A stretch of 64,000 nucleotides of DNA from Minisyncoccia bacterium (GCA_049296855.1 JBAQTF010000012.1:1939-65938); one strand, 5' to 3'. Shown: positions 20,076 through 29,353, numbered from the stretch's first letter. Notes: a model not told the origin generated them from the letters alone. Program-made: numbers and translations.

Positions 20076-22259
20076 GTGTCTATCATGAATTTAAAAAATA
20101 TTTTTAAGTATGCAGTAATTGGGGGTTTGTTTCTAACTCCGTTCATAGCTTTCATTGTGCCTAGTGCGATGTTTTTTCCTTTCATATCTGGAAAGGGATT
20201 TACTTTTAGGATTTTATCAGAGATTCTATTCGGTTTATTCGTTATCCTGGCTTTTATAGATGTGGAGTATAGACCAAAACTTTCTTGGATCACCAAAGCC
20301 GTTTTGAGTTTTGTTTTTATAATGTTAATTGCTGATCTTCTAGGGGTTAATCCTTACAAGAGTCTTTGGAGTAATTATGAACGAATGGAAGGTTTTGTTT
20401 TACTGATTCACCTAGCTATGTATTATATAGTGCTGTCTTCGGTGTTAAAAACTAAATCACTTTGGAACTATTTTTTCAATACCTCAATTCTGGCAAGTGT
20501 TCTCATGTCTATATACGGAGTCTTCCAACTTTTAGGTAAGGCTACTATTAACCAAGGAGGTGTTCGAGTTGATGCCACTTTTGGTAACGCTTCTTATCTG
20601 GCTATATATCTTGTTTTTCATATTTTTCTCTGTTTGTATTTATTAGTGGATGAATCTTGTAAAAAATGGTTGAAATGGACTTATGGAGTAATTATTTTAT
20701 TAGAGACTGTTATATTGTATTTTACTGCTACCAGAGGTGCTATTCTCGGTCTTATCGGAGGACTACTTCTCACAGGACTACTTCTTGCATGGAAGGAAAG
20801 AGAAAATAAAACATTGCGAAAGGTTGCTTTTGGAGTTGTTGGGGGAGTAGCAGTTTTCATTTTTGGATTTATTCTTCTACGCAACACATCAGTTGTTCAA
20901 AGTAGCCCAGTTTTGTCTAGATTTTCAAATCTTGGGTTTTCGGAGTTTAAAACTCAAGGAAGATATTTTGTTTGGCCAATGGCTATATCGGGTATAAAAG
21001 AGCATCCGATACTTGGTTGGGGACAGGAAAATTTTAACTTCGTTTTTAATAAATACTACAATCCTGGAATTTTTGGTCAGGAAGAGTGGTTTGATCGAAC
21101 ACATGATTTAGTGTTGGATTGGCTTATTGCTGGAGGTATTTTAGGATTTATTTTTTACGTCGGGATTTATGTCGCTCTGTTCTATTATATATGGAGAAGG
21201 AAGAATGTCATGAAAATCTCTGAAAAGGGAATTCTAACTGGAATGGTTTTGGCTTACGTCTTCCATAATCTATTCGTTTTCGATAACCTTATCAGCTATA
21301 TAATATTTTTCTCTATTATTTCTTATGTACATTGGTATAGTACTGCGGATAATAAGACAGTAGGTAATTATTACACAAAAACGTTTTCTGATGAAGTCAC
21401 AAATTATGTTATTTTACCTATCGTGACAGTTCTCACTATTGGTATGGTCTACTTTGTGAATATTCCTGCTTTAAGTGCAAATCAAACTCTTATACAGGCT
21501 ATTTCTCCACAAAAAGAAGGAGTAGAAAAAAACCTGAGCTTATTTAACCAAACTTTCAGTTATGACTCATTTGGTTCAACAGAAGCAATCGAACAGTTAG
21601 TTACAGTGACAAATCAAATTATGTCGTCACAGTTTCCCGCTGAAATAAAACAAAAATTCATTGATTTAACAAAAAAGAAAATTGAAGAAAAAGTAGCTCA
21701 AGTACCAAAAGACGCTCGCTACCTAGTTTTTGCTGGTAGTTTTTTCAATCGTCTTGGACAATATGATGAAGCAATAAAATATTTGGAACGTGCTTTGGTT
21801 GAATCACCAAAGAAGCAAACAATTTATTTTGAGTTGGGTACTTCTTATATGGTTAAAGGCGATTATAAAAAAATGATGGAGTTATTTAAGACAGCATATG
21901 ACTTTAAGCCAGGAGCTCAGGATGCACAGGTGATGTACGCAGTTGGCGCGATTTATGCAAAAGACAACACAGTTTTAACTGAACTCTTGCCAAAAATAAA
22001 TCAAGAAGTAGTGATCTCTGATAATAGATTTTTAAAAGCATATGCTGATACCGGTAGTTATAACTCTGTTATAACCATTCTTTCTCTTAGATTACAAAAA
22101 GATCCGACGAACACTCAAAATAAACTATCTCTCGCCTCTACGTATGCCACAATAGGTCAGAAACAAAAGGCTATAGATATTCTTCGTGAGATGATTGCTG
22201 CCGATCCGAAATTCAAAGACCAAGGCGAACAATATATAAAGGAGGTGGAAAAGAGTTAA
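20076..22259 (+). CDS. Polytopic membrane protein of the O-antigen ligase/polymerase (Wzy_C-like) family with C-terminal TPR repeats
   Basis: About 12 TM helices, with a large loop FVWPMAISGIKEHPILGWGQENF typical of the O-antigen ligase family. C-terminal TPR-like repeats. Confidence 0.6.
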   Translation: MSIMNLKNIFKYAVIGGLFLTPFIAFIVPSAMFFPFISGKGFTFRILSEILFGLFVILAFIDVEYRPKLSWITKAVLSFVFIMLIADLLGVNPYKSLWSNYERMEGFVLLIHLAMYYIVLSSVLKTKSLWNYFFNTSILASVLMSIYGVFQLLGKATINQGGVRVDATFGNASYLAIYLVFHIFLCLYLLVDESCKKWLKWTYGVIILLETVILYFTATRGAILGLIGGLLLTGLLLAWKERENKTLRKVAFGVVGGVAVFIFGFILLRNTSVVQSSPVLSRFSNLGFSEFKTQGRYFVWPMAISGIKEHPILGWGQENFNFVFNKYYNPGIFGQEEWFDRTHDLVLDWLIAGGILGFIFYVGIYVALFYYIWRRKNVMKISEKGILTGMVLAYVFHNLFVFDNLISYIIFFSIISYVHWYSTADNKTVGNYYTKTFSDEVTNYVILPIVTVLTIGMVYFVNIPALSANQTLIQAISPQKEGVEKNLSLFNQTFSYDSFGSTEAIEQLVTVTNQIMSSQFPAEIKQKFIDLTKKKIEEKVAQVPKDARYLVFAGSFFNRLGQYDEAIKYLERALVESPKKQTIYFELGTSYMVKGDYKKMMELFKTAYDFKPGAQDAQVMYAVGAIYAKDNTVLTELLPKINQEVVISDNRFLKAYADTGSYNSVITILSLRLQKDPTNTQNKLSLASTYATIGQKQKAIDILREMIAADPKFKDQGEQYIKEVEKS

Positions 22260-22261
22260 TT

Positions 22262-22384
22262 TGCATTAACTCTGTATATGTGGTACCATATGTGCGTGAG
22301 TGCGCAATGCAGGACGGCTCAGCTGGAATGCAGGTAAGCTCACGAACGAATGTATTACAAGGCCGCCTTCGGGCGGTTTTGTAT
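22262..22384 (+). ncRNA. Candidate structured small RNA or structured 3' UTR ending in a rho-independent terminator
   Basis: A locally GC-rich segment in an AT-rich gap. Duplicated AATGCAGG motifs at 22306-22313 and 22327-22334. Terminal hairpin GCCGCC-UUCG-GGCGG followed by UUUU at 22361-22384. Confidence 0.4.
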
Positions 22385-22572
22385 AAAAACTTCCAGATTT
22401 GGCCAATCTCACCGTCTAAAATTCTCACAAAATTCTCACTGTACGACTTGTACGCCTCGGATTCTGATTCGAATTCTATACGCGACCTTGTCTAAAATCT
22501 GAAAGTTTTTGTAGTTTTCCATATCATTGAGATTTTTTCACATATTAAGTATTATTAATACAATCTTTTGTT

Positions 22573-22643
22573 CCGATAGATGGTTAGCGGTTCGCACTCA
22601 CGTATACATTCGTTGGAGTAAGCCATCGCTAACCATCTATCGG
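22573..22643. repeat. Perfect 17-bp inverted repeat (CCGATAGATGGTTAGCG / CGCTAACCATCTATCGG) enclosing a 37-nt GC-rich loop
   Basis: Read directly from the sequence. Loop segments at 22593-22602 and 22604-22614 are exact reverse complements of 22295-22304 and 22345-22355. Confidence 0.7.
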
Positions 22644-22929
22644 CGCAATTCTCAGTAATAAAAAATTTAAATTTTATTGAACACATTTTTTTGGAGGCTC
22701 TCGGACTGTGACGGTGTAAGAGTGGGTAAAATTTTCTCAAAAAATTTATACGTGCTCAAAAAAATAAATGTTGAGAAAAAATTTAAATTTTAAAAAGTTA
22801 TCCACACTTTTCTCAAAAAAATATTTATTTTATTCTTTTCTGTACTATAATCAATCTAGGTCGCAATAACCAATTTAAAAATAATTTTAATTTAATTATT
22901 TATCACAGAATAATTAACTAATAAACATT

Positions 22930-22992
22930 ATGGCAAAAAAGAAAAAAGCAAAGAAAGCAAAAAAAGCAAAGAAAACAAAGAAACGAGCATAG
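22930..22992 (+). CDS. Possible 20-aa lysine-rich micro-ORF (MAKKKKAKKAKKAKKTKKRA)
   Basis: ATG...TAG ORF over an (AAAGCAAAGAA)n-like simple repeat. No ribosome-binding site, though host genes generally lack one. Confidence 0.2.
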   Translation: MAKKKKAKKAKKAKKTKKRA

Positions 22993-23068
22993 TCTCACTT
23001 TGTTTCGAAAAAATCACAATAAAATTATTGGTTGATTTCAAAAATCTATTTAATATAGGTTTTTGTTT

Positions 23069-23082
23069 TTTTATGCTATAAT
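23069..23082 (+). promoter_or_regulatory. Extended -10 promoter (TGcTATAAT) for secA
   Basis: TGCTATAAT lies 14 nt upstream of the proposed secA ATG at 23096. Confidence 0.45.
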
Positions 23083-23095
23083 CCTGTTTATATTT

Positions 23096-25618
23096 ATGTC
23101 GATTTTTTCTTCATTATTTGGTTCTGAATCTGGTAAAATTTTGAAAGAAATAGAACCTATAGTTTCAAAAATAAACTCTCTAGAGAGCGGCATTTCTTCG
23201 TTATCTGACGAAGAATTAAAAGGGAAGACAATTGAGTTCAAAAAACGTTTAGCAGAAGATGAAACACTAGATTCGATTTTACCAGAAGCGTTTGCAGTTG
23301 TGAGGGAAGCTTCGAAAAGATGTCACAATGAACGTCATTTTGATGTTCAACTTATGGGGGCAATTTTATTACATCGAGGAAGTATTTCTGAAATGAGAAC
23401 TGGGGAAGGTAAAACTCTTGTCGCTACTTTACCAGCATACCTCAATAGTTTAACAGGGCTTGGTGTTCACATTGTTACTGTTAACGACTATCTTTCAAAA
23501 CGTGATGCGGTTTGGATGGGAGAGATTTATTCTTTTTTAGGAGTTTCAGTTGGTGTCATAAATCATGAAGAGTCATTTATATATGATCCGACGCATACGA
23601 AAGAATATGAGCAACTGGATAAAAAAAGAGATGAGGTAGGTTCGTTTAAAGTTGTAAACGAATTTCTTCGATCTGTAACGCGCCGTGAGGCATACCATGC
23701 TGATATTACTTATGGTACGAACAATGAGTTTGGCTTTGATTATTTGAGAGACAATATTGAATATGAGGAAGCTAGGTTGCGACAACGCGAACCAAACTAC
23801 GCTATTGTTGACGAGATTGACTCCATTTTGATTGACGAGGCCAGAACTCCGCTTATTATTTCTGCACCTACGACTGATTCTGACGAGTTGTACGTAAAAT
23901 TTGCTGAAATATCCAAGAAACTAGAAAAAGGTGAGCATTATACGATAGATGAGAAATTTAGAACGATTGCTTTAACTGATTCTGGAATAAGTTATGCCGA
24001 GGAGATACTTAATGTTGGGAATATTTATACGGAAAAAGGTATAAAATACGTCCATCATCTAGAAACGGCGATAAGAGCGACTGCTTTATTTAGTAAAGAT
24101 AAAGATTACGTCGTAAAAGACGGTGAAATCATTATCGTCGACGAGTTTACTGGACGACTCCAGCCTGGACGAAGGTGGTCAGAGGGTCTACATCAGGCAA
24201 TCGAAGCAAAAGAGCATGTACCAATCCAAAAAGAATCAAAAACATTTGCTTCAATCACTTTCCAAAACTATTTTAGACTTTATAAAAAACTTGCCGGTAT
24301 GACTGGTACTGCAGCCACGTCATCTGAGGAGTTTTACAAGGTTTATGGTCTGCATGTGATTTCTATTCCAACAAATAAACCTATAAATCGTAAAGATCAC
24401 AACGATCTTATTTTCCAAACCGAAGTCGGTAAATTTAAAGCTATAGCAAAAGAAGTCAAAGAGCGTCATAAAAATGGACAGCCTGTGCTTATTGGTACGG
24501 TTTCAATCGAGAAGAATGAAATGCTTTCAGAATTTTTACGTACAGAAGGTATTCCACATGAAATTCTTAACGCAAAAAATCACGGAAGGGAAGGTGAGAT
24601 AATTGCTCAAGCAGGAAGGGTTGGTGCAGTAACTATCGCAACAAACATGGCTGGTCGTGGAGTGGATGTAAGGCTCGGGGGTAATCCTGGAACGAAAGAG
24701 TTGTACGAAGAGGTAAAATCTCGAGGAGGTTTGTTTGTTTTAGGCACGGAGCGTCATGATGCACGCAGGATAGACAATCAGCTCCGAGGTAGATCTGGAA
24801 GACAGGGCGATCCAGGTGGGACTCAGTTTTTCGTTTCTCTTGATGATCATCTGATGCGAGTCTTTGGAGGGGATTCTATTAAAAACATGATGGGTAAACT
24901 CGGTATAAAAGAGGATGAACCTATTGAGAATCGCCTTATTACTAAATCCCTGGAAAGCGCACAGGAAAAAATAGAAGGATTTAATTTTGACGCCAGAAAA
25001 CATGTCTTAGAGTTCGACGACGTTTTGAATTATCAGAGAAAAATATTCTATGGAAGGAGACGAGATGTGTTGTTGGGTGATGATAGTGTTTTGAAGGCTT
25101 ATATAGAAGAATTATTAACTGAAAGTAATGATTCTGAAAGGGCAAAAATTCAAGATAGACTCTCTAAGTCTGATAAAGATTATCTGGAAACTCTTCGTCG
25201 AGTAATACTACAAGCTATGGATATGTACTGGGTCGAACATTTGGAAGTAATGGATTACATGAGAGCTTCTGTAAATCTACGTGCTTATGGCCAGAGGGAT
25301 CCATTGGTTGAATATAAACGTGAAGGGTTAAAGTTGTTTAAAAACATGGAAATGTCTATCGGACAGGAGATTTTGAAACTTATTCCTCAAGTACAATCAG
25401 GAGCATTGTATGTTGATGCACCGGTTAAACTGACTCTAGGTATGCAAGATTCTGAAAAGATAAATGCAGGAGCTCCTAAAAGTATTGTAGTGGATCGTAC
25501 TGCGGGTGGAGAGAAAATGGGTAGAAACGATCCATGTTTCTGTGGTTCTGGTAAAAAATACAAGAAATGTGGAGAGATTAATAGCGAAGAGCATCAAAAA
25601 ATGATGCAAAGTAAGTAA
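23096..25618 (+). CDS. secA: Preprotein translocase ATPase SecA
   Basis: SecA DEAD-motor motifs and a C-terminal zinc-binding CFCGSGKKYKKC tail. The ORF-track start at 23063 is a TTG upstream of the putative promoter. The ATG at 23096 is preferred. Confidence 0.9.
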   Translation: MSIFSSLFGSESGKILKEIEPIVSKINSLESGISSLSDEELKGKTIEFKKRLAEDETLDSILPEAFAVVREASKRCHNERHFDVQLMGAILLHRGSISEMRTGEGKTLVATLPAYLNSLTGLGVHIVTVNDYLSKRDAVWMGEIYSFLGVSVGVINHEESFIYDPTHTKEYEQLDKKRDEVGSFKVVNEFLRSVTRREAYHADITYGTNNEFGFDYLRDNIEYEEARLRQREPNYAIVDEIDSILIDEARTPLIISAPTTDSDELYVKFAEISKKLEKGEHYTIDEKFRTIALTDSGISYAEEILNVGNIYTEKGIKYVHHLETAIRATALFSKDKDYVVKDGEIIIVDEFTGRLQPGRRWSEGLHQAIEAKEHVPIQKESKTFASITFQNYFRLYKKLAGMTGTAATSSEEFYKVYGLHVISIPTNKPINRKDHNDLIFQTEVGKFKAIAKEVKERHKNGQPVLIGTVSIEKNEMLSEFLRTEGIPHEILNAKNHGREGEIIAQAGRVGAVTIATNMAGRGVDVRLGGNPGTKELYEEVKSRGGLFVLGTERHDARRIDNQLRGRSGRQGDPGGTQFFVSLDDHLMRVFGGDSIKNMMGKLGIKEDEPIENRLITKSLESAQEKIEGFNFDARKHVLEFDDVLNYQRKIFYGRRRDVLLGDDSVLKAYIEELLTESNDSERAKIQDRLSKSDKDYLETLRRVILQAMDMYWVEHLEVMDYMRASVNLRAYGQRDPLVEYKREGLKLFKNMEMSIGQEILKLIPQVQSGALYVDAPVKLTLGMQDSEKINAGAPKSIVVDRTAGGEKMGRNDPCFCGSGKKYKKCGEINSEEHQKMMQSK

Positions 25619-25656
25619 TTTATGATATTATCTTCGTTATATAATCTTTTAAACAA

Positions 25657-26040
25657 ATGAAAAAATATCTTTATATTATCGCGATTTTAATAGTAATATC
25701 TGGTGTTGTTTGGTTAATAATGACTCCTGGTAAACCAGGTAAATTGGATGCTTTTGCTCAGTGTATAAAGGACAAAGGAGCGATATTTTATGGCGCTTTC
25801 TGGTGTCCACATTGTCAGGCACAAAAGGCTCGTTTTGGTAAATCTGCTAAATTACTTCCATATGTAGAGTGCTCGACTCCAGACGGTAAAGATCAACTAC
25901 AGGTTTGTAAGGATTTGAGCATAAATACTTATCCGACATGGTATTTTGCAAGTAGTACTTCCGACAAGAAAGATGTCGTTACTGGAGAAATAGAGCTAGT
26001 AGATCTAGCTCTAAAAACAAGCTGTCCTTTGGTACAATAA
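25657..26040 (+). CDS. Membrane-anchored thioredoxin-fold protein (DsbA-like, CPHC active site)
   Basis: N-terminal TM segment followed by FYGAFWCPHCQAQK ... YPTWYF. Confidence 0.65.
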   Translation: MKKYLYIIAILIVISGVVWLIMTPGKPGKLDAFAQCIKDKGAIFYGAFWCPHCQAQKARFGKSAKLLPYVECSTPDGKDQLQVCKDLSINTYPTWYFASSTSDKKDVVTGEIELVDLALKTSCPLVQ

Positions 26041-26052
26041 GACCGTAATAGT

Positions 26053-26616
26053 ATGACGTCTTTTATTCAAACAAACACCACTTATATTATTGGATTTTTA
26101 ACTTTAATATCCAATATTATTTTTGTCGTAGTTTTGATGATTATTCTTATTCATGCAGATTCTCGAAAACATCTGTATAATTTTGTGCACAAATATATTT
26201 TGGAGCTACTCTTTTGGGGTATTTTGTCAGCTGTAGTCGGAAGTTTGATTTACTCAGACATTGTTGGTTTTCCACCATGTGATTTATGTTGGTATCAGAG
26301 AATATGCATGTATCCACAACTGATAATAGTGTTAATGGCTATGTATAAAAAAGACAAGACAGTAATCGACTATCTCGTTCCGTTTTCTGTTATCGGTGCA
26401 ATTATTGCTTTATATCAATCATTTATCCAATGGGGATTTTCTTTCGGTCTAACAGGAGGTTGTGTTGCTCTTGGTGGTGAATGTGCAAAGGTCTACTTTA
26501 CCGAGTATTCCTATATCACCATACCTTTTATGTCTTTCACAGTCTTTGTCTATATCATAACTCTTAAATTAGTCTATTATCATAAAGATTGGAAATTAAA
26601 AAATGGGAGAGAATAA
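26053..26616 (+). CDS. Disulfide bond formation protein B (DsbB/BdbC family)
   Basis: Four TM helices. PPCDLCWYQRICMYP matches the BdbC/DsbB signature. Confidence 0.75.
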   Translation: MTSFIQTNTTYIIGFLTLISNIIFVVVLMIILIHADSRKHLYNFVHKYILELLFWGILSAVVGSLIYSDIVGFPPCDLCWYQRICMYPQLIIVLMAMYKKDKTVIDYLVPFSVIGAIIALYQSFIQWGFSFGLTGGCVALGGECAKVYFTEYSYITIPFMSFTVFVYIITLKLVYYHKDWKLKNGRE

Positions 26617-27502
26617 AGTAAAAATCGTAACTCATAATGCTAATTTCCACGCAGATGATATTTTTGCTGTCGCTACACTTTCTTTGGTTTTAGAAAATGA
26701 AGAAAAGGAATTTTCTATAACTCGTTCTCGTGATATGGATGTGATAGAAAAAGGTGATTACGTTGTAGACGTTGGTGGTATCCACGATCCAAATACTAAC
26801 CGTTTCGACCATCATCAGGAAGGCGGAGCGGGAAAAAGGGATAATACAGTTCCGTATGCTTCCTTCGGATTAGTTTGGAAGAAGTTTGGGGAAAAGCTTT
26901 GTGGAAGTTCTGAAATTTCTCAAAAAATTGATCAAATTCTTATACAGTGGATTGATGCCACAGACAATGGTGTTCAAGTTGTTGAAACAAAGATTCCTGG
27001 TATTTATCCTTATGACATCGGTCTTTTCTTCAATGCTTTTACCCCGGACTGGAAAGAAGGCAAGGATAATATTGATAGTGTTTTTATGGAAACAGTTTCA
27101 ATAGCCAAGGTGGTTTTAGGGAGAGAAATATTAAAAAGAAAAAATTTATTCGAAGCTTCTAGTATTGTTGAAGAGATATACAAGAATAGCGTTGATAAGA
27201 GGCTTGTTATTTTCGATAGGTATTATCCATCAACGGAATTTTTAGCCAAATTCCCAGAGCCACTTTTTACAGTTTTTCCCAGAGATGATGGCACTTGGGC
27301 TATTAAAGTAATAAGAAATGATGACCATTCATTTGTTTCGCGTAAAAATCTACCAGAAAGTTGGGCAGGTAAGGTTGGAGTAGAATTAGAAAAGGCAACT
27401 GAAGTCCCGGGTTCAGTTTTCTGTCATTCCGGTAGATTTATGGTTGTAGCTAAAACAAAAGAAGCAATACTCAAATTAGCTGAGATAGCTTTAAATTCTT
27501 AG
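26603..27502 (+). CDS. MYG1/UPF0160 family metal-dependent hydrolase
   Basis: THNANFHADD...VDVGG...DHHQ motifs. Confidence 0.7.
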   Translation: MGENKVKIVTHNANFHADDIFAVATLSLVLENEEKEFSITRSRDMDVIEKGDYVVDVGGIHDPNTNRFDHHQEGGAGKRDNTVPYASFGLVWKKFGEKLCGSSEISQKIDQILIQWIDATDNGVQVVETKIPGIYPYDIGLFFNAFTPDWKEGKDNIDSVFMETVSIAKVVLGREILKRKNLFEASSIVEEIYKNSVDKRLVIFDRYYPSTEFLAKFPEPLFTVFPRDDGTWAIKVIRNDDHSFVSRKNLPESWAGKVGVELEKATEVPGSVFCHSGRFMVVAKTKEAILKLAEIALNS

Positions 27503-27617
27503 CTAAAGAGGCCTGGGAGATACAGGAGAATCATACTGATAATCATTAGCACAGATATAACTGTCCAAATCATCTGAAAAGTTTTTTTGTTCTTTTTCTG
27601 GAATAGCATACTATTTA

Positions 27618-28016
27618 TTGTGTATAATGAATATAATGCTTGATTTTCACCAAAAACGCAAGGTTCGTAGTGTAATGTATCATCGAGTTACAGTTGTCAT
27701 ACTTTCTGTAATTACTTTGATTGTGCTACATTCTACTTGGCTTGTTTATAATAAGAAAATAGAAAGTGCTGAGATGAAAGATGTTGCACTACGGGGTGTT
27801 GAAGAACTCCGGATACGGGATAGTGATCTACTGGCTAAAATCGATAGGTTGAGTACTACTCCTGGGGTGGAAGAAGAGGTTAGGTCAAAGTTTAGTGTTG
27901 CGAAAGATGGAGAAAATGCGGTTGTTATAGTTGAGGATGAGGAGACAAAGGTTTCGACTACAAGTCAAAAGATTAGTTTTTGGACAAAACTAAAGAACTT
28001 TTTTATTAATAATTAA
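27618..28016 (+). CDS. Septum formation initiator family protein (FtsB/DivIC-like)
   Basis: TM helix, coiled coil, then PGVEEEVRSKFSVAKDGENAVVIV. The true start may be the internal MYHRV. Confidence 0.5.
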   Translation: MCIMNIMLDFHQKRKVRSVMYHRVTVVILSVITLIVLHSTWLVYNKKIESAEMKDVALRGVEELRIRDSDLLAKIDRLSTTPGVEEEVRSKFSVAKDGENAVVIVEDEETKVSTTSQKISFWTKLKNFFINN

Positions 28017-28095
28017 AGACACTTGTTGCTTGTGGATTTTTCAGATATACTATTTGGACATTAAATATTTGTAATTATTAATTAGTCATGAAAAA

Positions 28096-28359
28096 ATGAA
28101 AAAAGTCACAATATACTCAACACCGACATGTCACTTCTGCAATATGGCGAAGGACTACTTCAAACTAAACAATGTGGAGTTCGAGGCTTTTGATGTGGCT
28201 TCTGATGCGAATAAGAGAAAAGAAATGATGGAAAAGTCAGGACAGCTCGGTGTGCCAGTAATACTTATTGATGATAGTATAGTTATTGGATTTAACAAAC
28301 CCAAACTAGCTCAACTGCTCGGCATACCCAACACTCCAAACACAACTCAAGTGGTTTAG
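28096..28359 (+). CDS. Glutaredoxin-like protein
   Basis: VTIYSTPTCHFCNMAKDYF...GVPVILIDD is a thioredoxin fold with a CxxC motif. Confidence 0.65.
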   Translation: MKKVTIYSTPTCHFCNMAKDYFKLNNVEFEAFDVASDANKRKEMMEKSGQLGVPVILIDDSIVIGFNKPKLAQLLGIPNTPNTTQVV

Positions 28360-28364
28360 GTTTT

Positions 28365-28436
28365 GCCGGCGTAGTTCAATGGATAGAACAGTCCCGTCCT
28401 AAGGGATAGATGCACGTTCGATTCGTACCGCTGGCA
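28365..28436 (+). tRNA. tRNA-Arg (anticodon CCT)
   Basis: Cloverleaf folded by hand. Acceptor stem GCCGGCG/CGCTGGC, anticodon loop GU-CCU-AA, T-loop GTTCGATTC. No CCA end encoded. Confidence 0.8.
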
Positions 28437-28493
28437 CAAAAAATAGTGAAACGATTAATTTTGATTTTTCATTGATTTTGCTATACTATACTC

Positions 28494-28751
28494 ATGTCAC
28501 CAGAGGAAAAAGAGCTCTTTAAACGAAGTATCGAACTCGCAGAACAAAATAACGCTATATTACTCTATATGCAGAGGTCTATGCGCTGGGCTCATGTTAT
28601 GAGCATCCTGTACTGGGTGTTTATAATAGGCTCTGCAGTTGGTGCATATTATCTGATACAGCCATACGTAGAAGCAATAGGTGGTAAATTCAATGGTGCA
28701 ACTAGTAATTTAAACGGGATTCTTGATGGAATTAAAGGTTTGGCTCAGTAG
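28494..28751 (+). CDS. Hypothetical small membrane protein
   Basis: 85-aa ORF between two tRNAs with one predicted TM helix. No family recognised. Confidence 0.4.
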   Translation: MSPEEKELFKRSIELAEQNNAILLYMQRSMRWAHVMSILYWVFIIGSAVGAYYLIQPYVEAIGGKFNGATSNLNGILDGIKGLAQ

Positions 28752-28760
28752 TTAGATCAT

Positions 28761-28836
28761 GCCTAGGTAACTCAGTTGGTAGAGTGCTTCCCTGAAGAGG
28801 AAGAAGTCGCCAGTTCAAATCTGGCCCTAGGCACCA
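28761..28836 (+). tRNA. tRNA-Phe (anticodon GAA), CCA end encoded
   Basis: Acceptor stem GCCTAGG/CCTAGGC, anticodon loop CU-GAA-GA, T-loop GTTCAAATC, 3' CCA present. Confidence 0.85.
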
Positions 28837-28840
28837 AATC

Positions 28841-28869
28841 AAAAAATCACTCAATTGAGTGATTTTTTG
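28841..28869. terminator. Bidirectional intrinsic terminator
   Basis: AAAAA-ATCACTCAATTGAGTGAT-TTTTTT is a perfect 18-nt palindrome flanked by A and T runs. It lies between tRNA-Phe (+) and the Hsp20 gene (-). Confidence 0.75.
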
Positions 28870-28876
28870 GTTTTTT

Positions 28877-29338
28877 CTAACCTTTTACTCGTAGGCGAGT
28901 CTGTCGGTTTTTATCTAACTTAGGCATTCGGATAATAAGTAATCCGTGTTTTTCTATTGCTTCTGATTCTTCAACGTCTACTTCAGCAGGGAGCATAATA
29001 ATTCTCGAGAACGAGCCCCAATAAAGTTCTTGATGAAAATAATCATCTTCTTTGACAAATTTTTCTGTCTCACGTTTACCTTTTATAGTAACCATATCGC
29101 GGGTTATGGCGATATCTAAATCTTCTGGTTTTACACCAGCGACCATACTTTTTATAATTATTTCAGTTGGAGTTTGGTACATGTCTACAGTCAGCTGACC
29201 CTCTTCGTCATTTTCCTCATATAGGTCTGGACTAACGCTGTCCTTACTCGGCAGTTTACTCGCCACCTCTTCTGTGCCAGTGTCGTCGATCCGTACACTG
29301 CCCGTTAGTTTTTCAAAGAATGATCTAGTATCTTTCAT
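28877..29338 (-). CDS. Hsp20/alpha-crystallin family small heat-shock protein
   Basis: Alpha-crystallin domain pattern ...VDMYQT...ITRDMVTIKGKRE...GLLIIRMPK. Confidence 0.75.
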   Translation of the reverse strand: MKDTRSFFEKLTGSVRIDDTGTEEVASKLPSKDSVSPDLYEENDEEGQLTVDMYQTPTEIIIKSMVAGVKPEDLDIAITRDMVTIKGKRETEKFVKEDDYFHQELYWGSFSRIIMLPAEVDVEESEAIEKHGLLIIRMPKLDKNRQTRLRVKG

Positions 29339-29353
29339 ATGTTATTTTAAAAA

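Noticed and set aside
20048-20296. 82-aa minus-strand ORF overlapping the start of the O-antigen-ligase-like gene
   Set aside because: It overlaps the promoter and N-terminus of a strongly supported plus-strand membrane-protein gene. There is no motif or ribosome-binding site. Likely spurious.
22280-22740. ORFs 22280-22495 (+), 22213-22428 (-) and 22555-22740 (-) in the ligase/secA gap
   Set aside because: They run straight through a canonical UUCG terminator hairpin and the 17-bp inverted-repeat hairpin. Their shared VREC/IREC residues simply reflect the inverted nucleotide repeats. They are interpreted as non-coding structured elements.
22797-22805. Perfect DnaA-box 9-mers (TTATCCACA at 22797; reverse complement TGTGGATAA at 58937)
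   Set aside because: These are single isolated boxes far from dnaA or dnaN, and no cluster of boxes is present. A 9-mer is expected to occur by chance at this window size. They were not called as oriC.
23063-23095. Upstream TTG start for secA given by the ORF track
   Set aside because: A TTG codon lies upstream of the extended -10 element (TGCTATAAT at 23074-23082). The extension adds a hydrophobic non-SecA-like leader. The ATG at 23096 was chosen.
27499-27609. 36-aa hydrophobic minus-strand micro-ORF (MLFQKKNKKTFQMIWTVISVLMIISMILLYLPGLFS) downstream of the MYG1 gene
   Set aside because: It is possible as a small membrane peptide, but it overlaps the MYG1 stop, lacks any signal I can verify, and sits in an AT-rich promoter-like region. 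Not reported as a feature.
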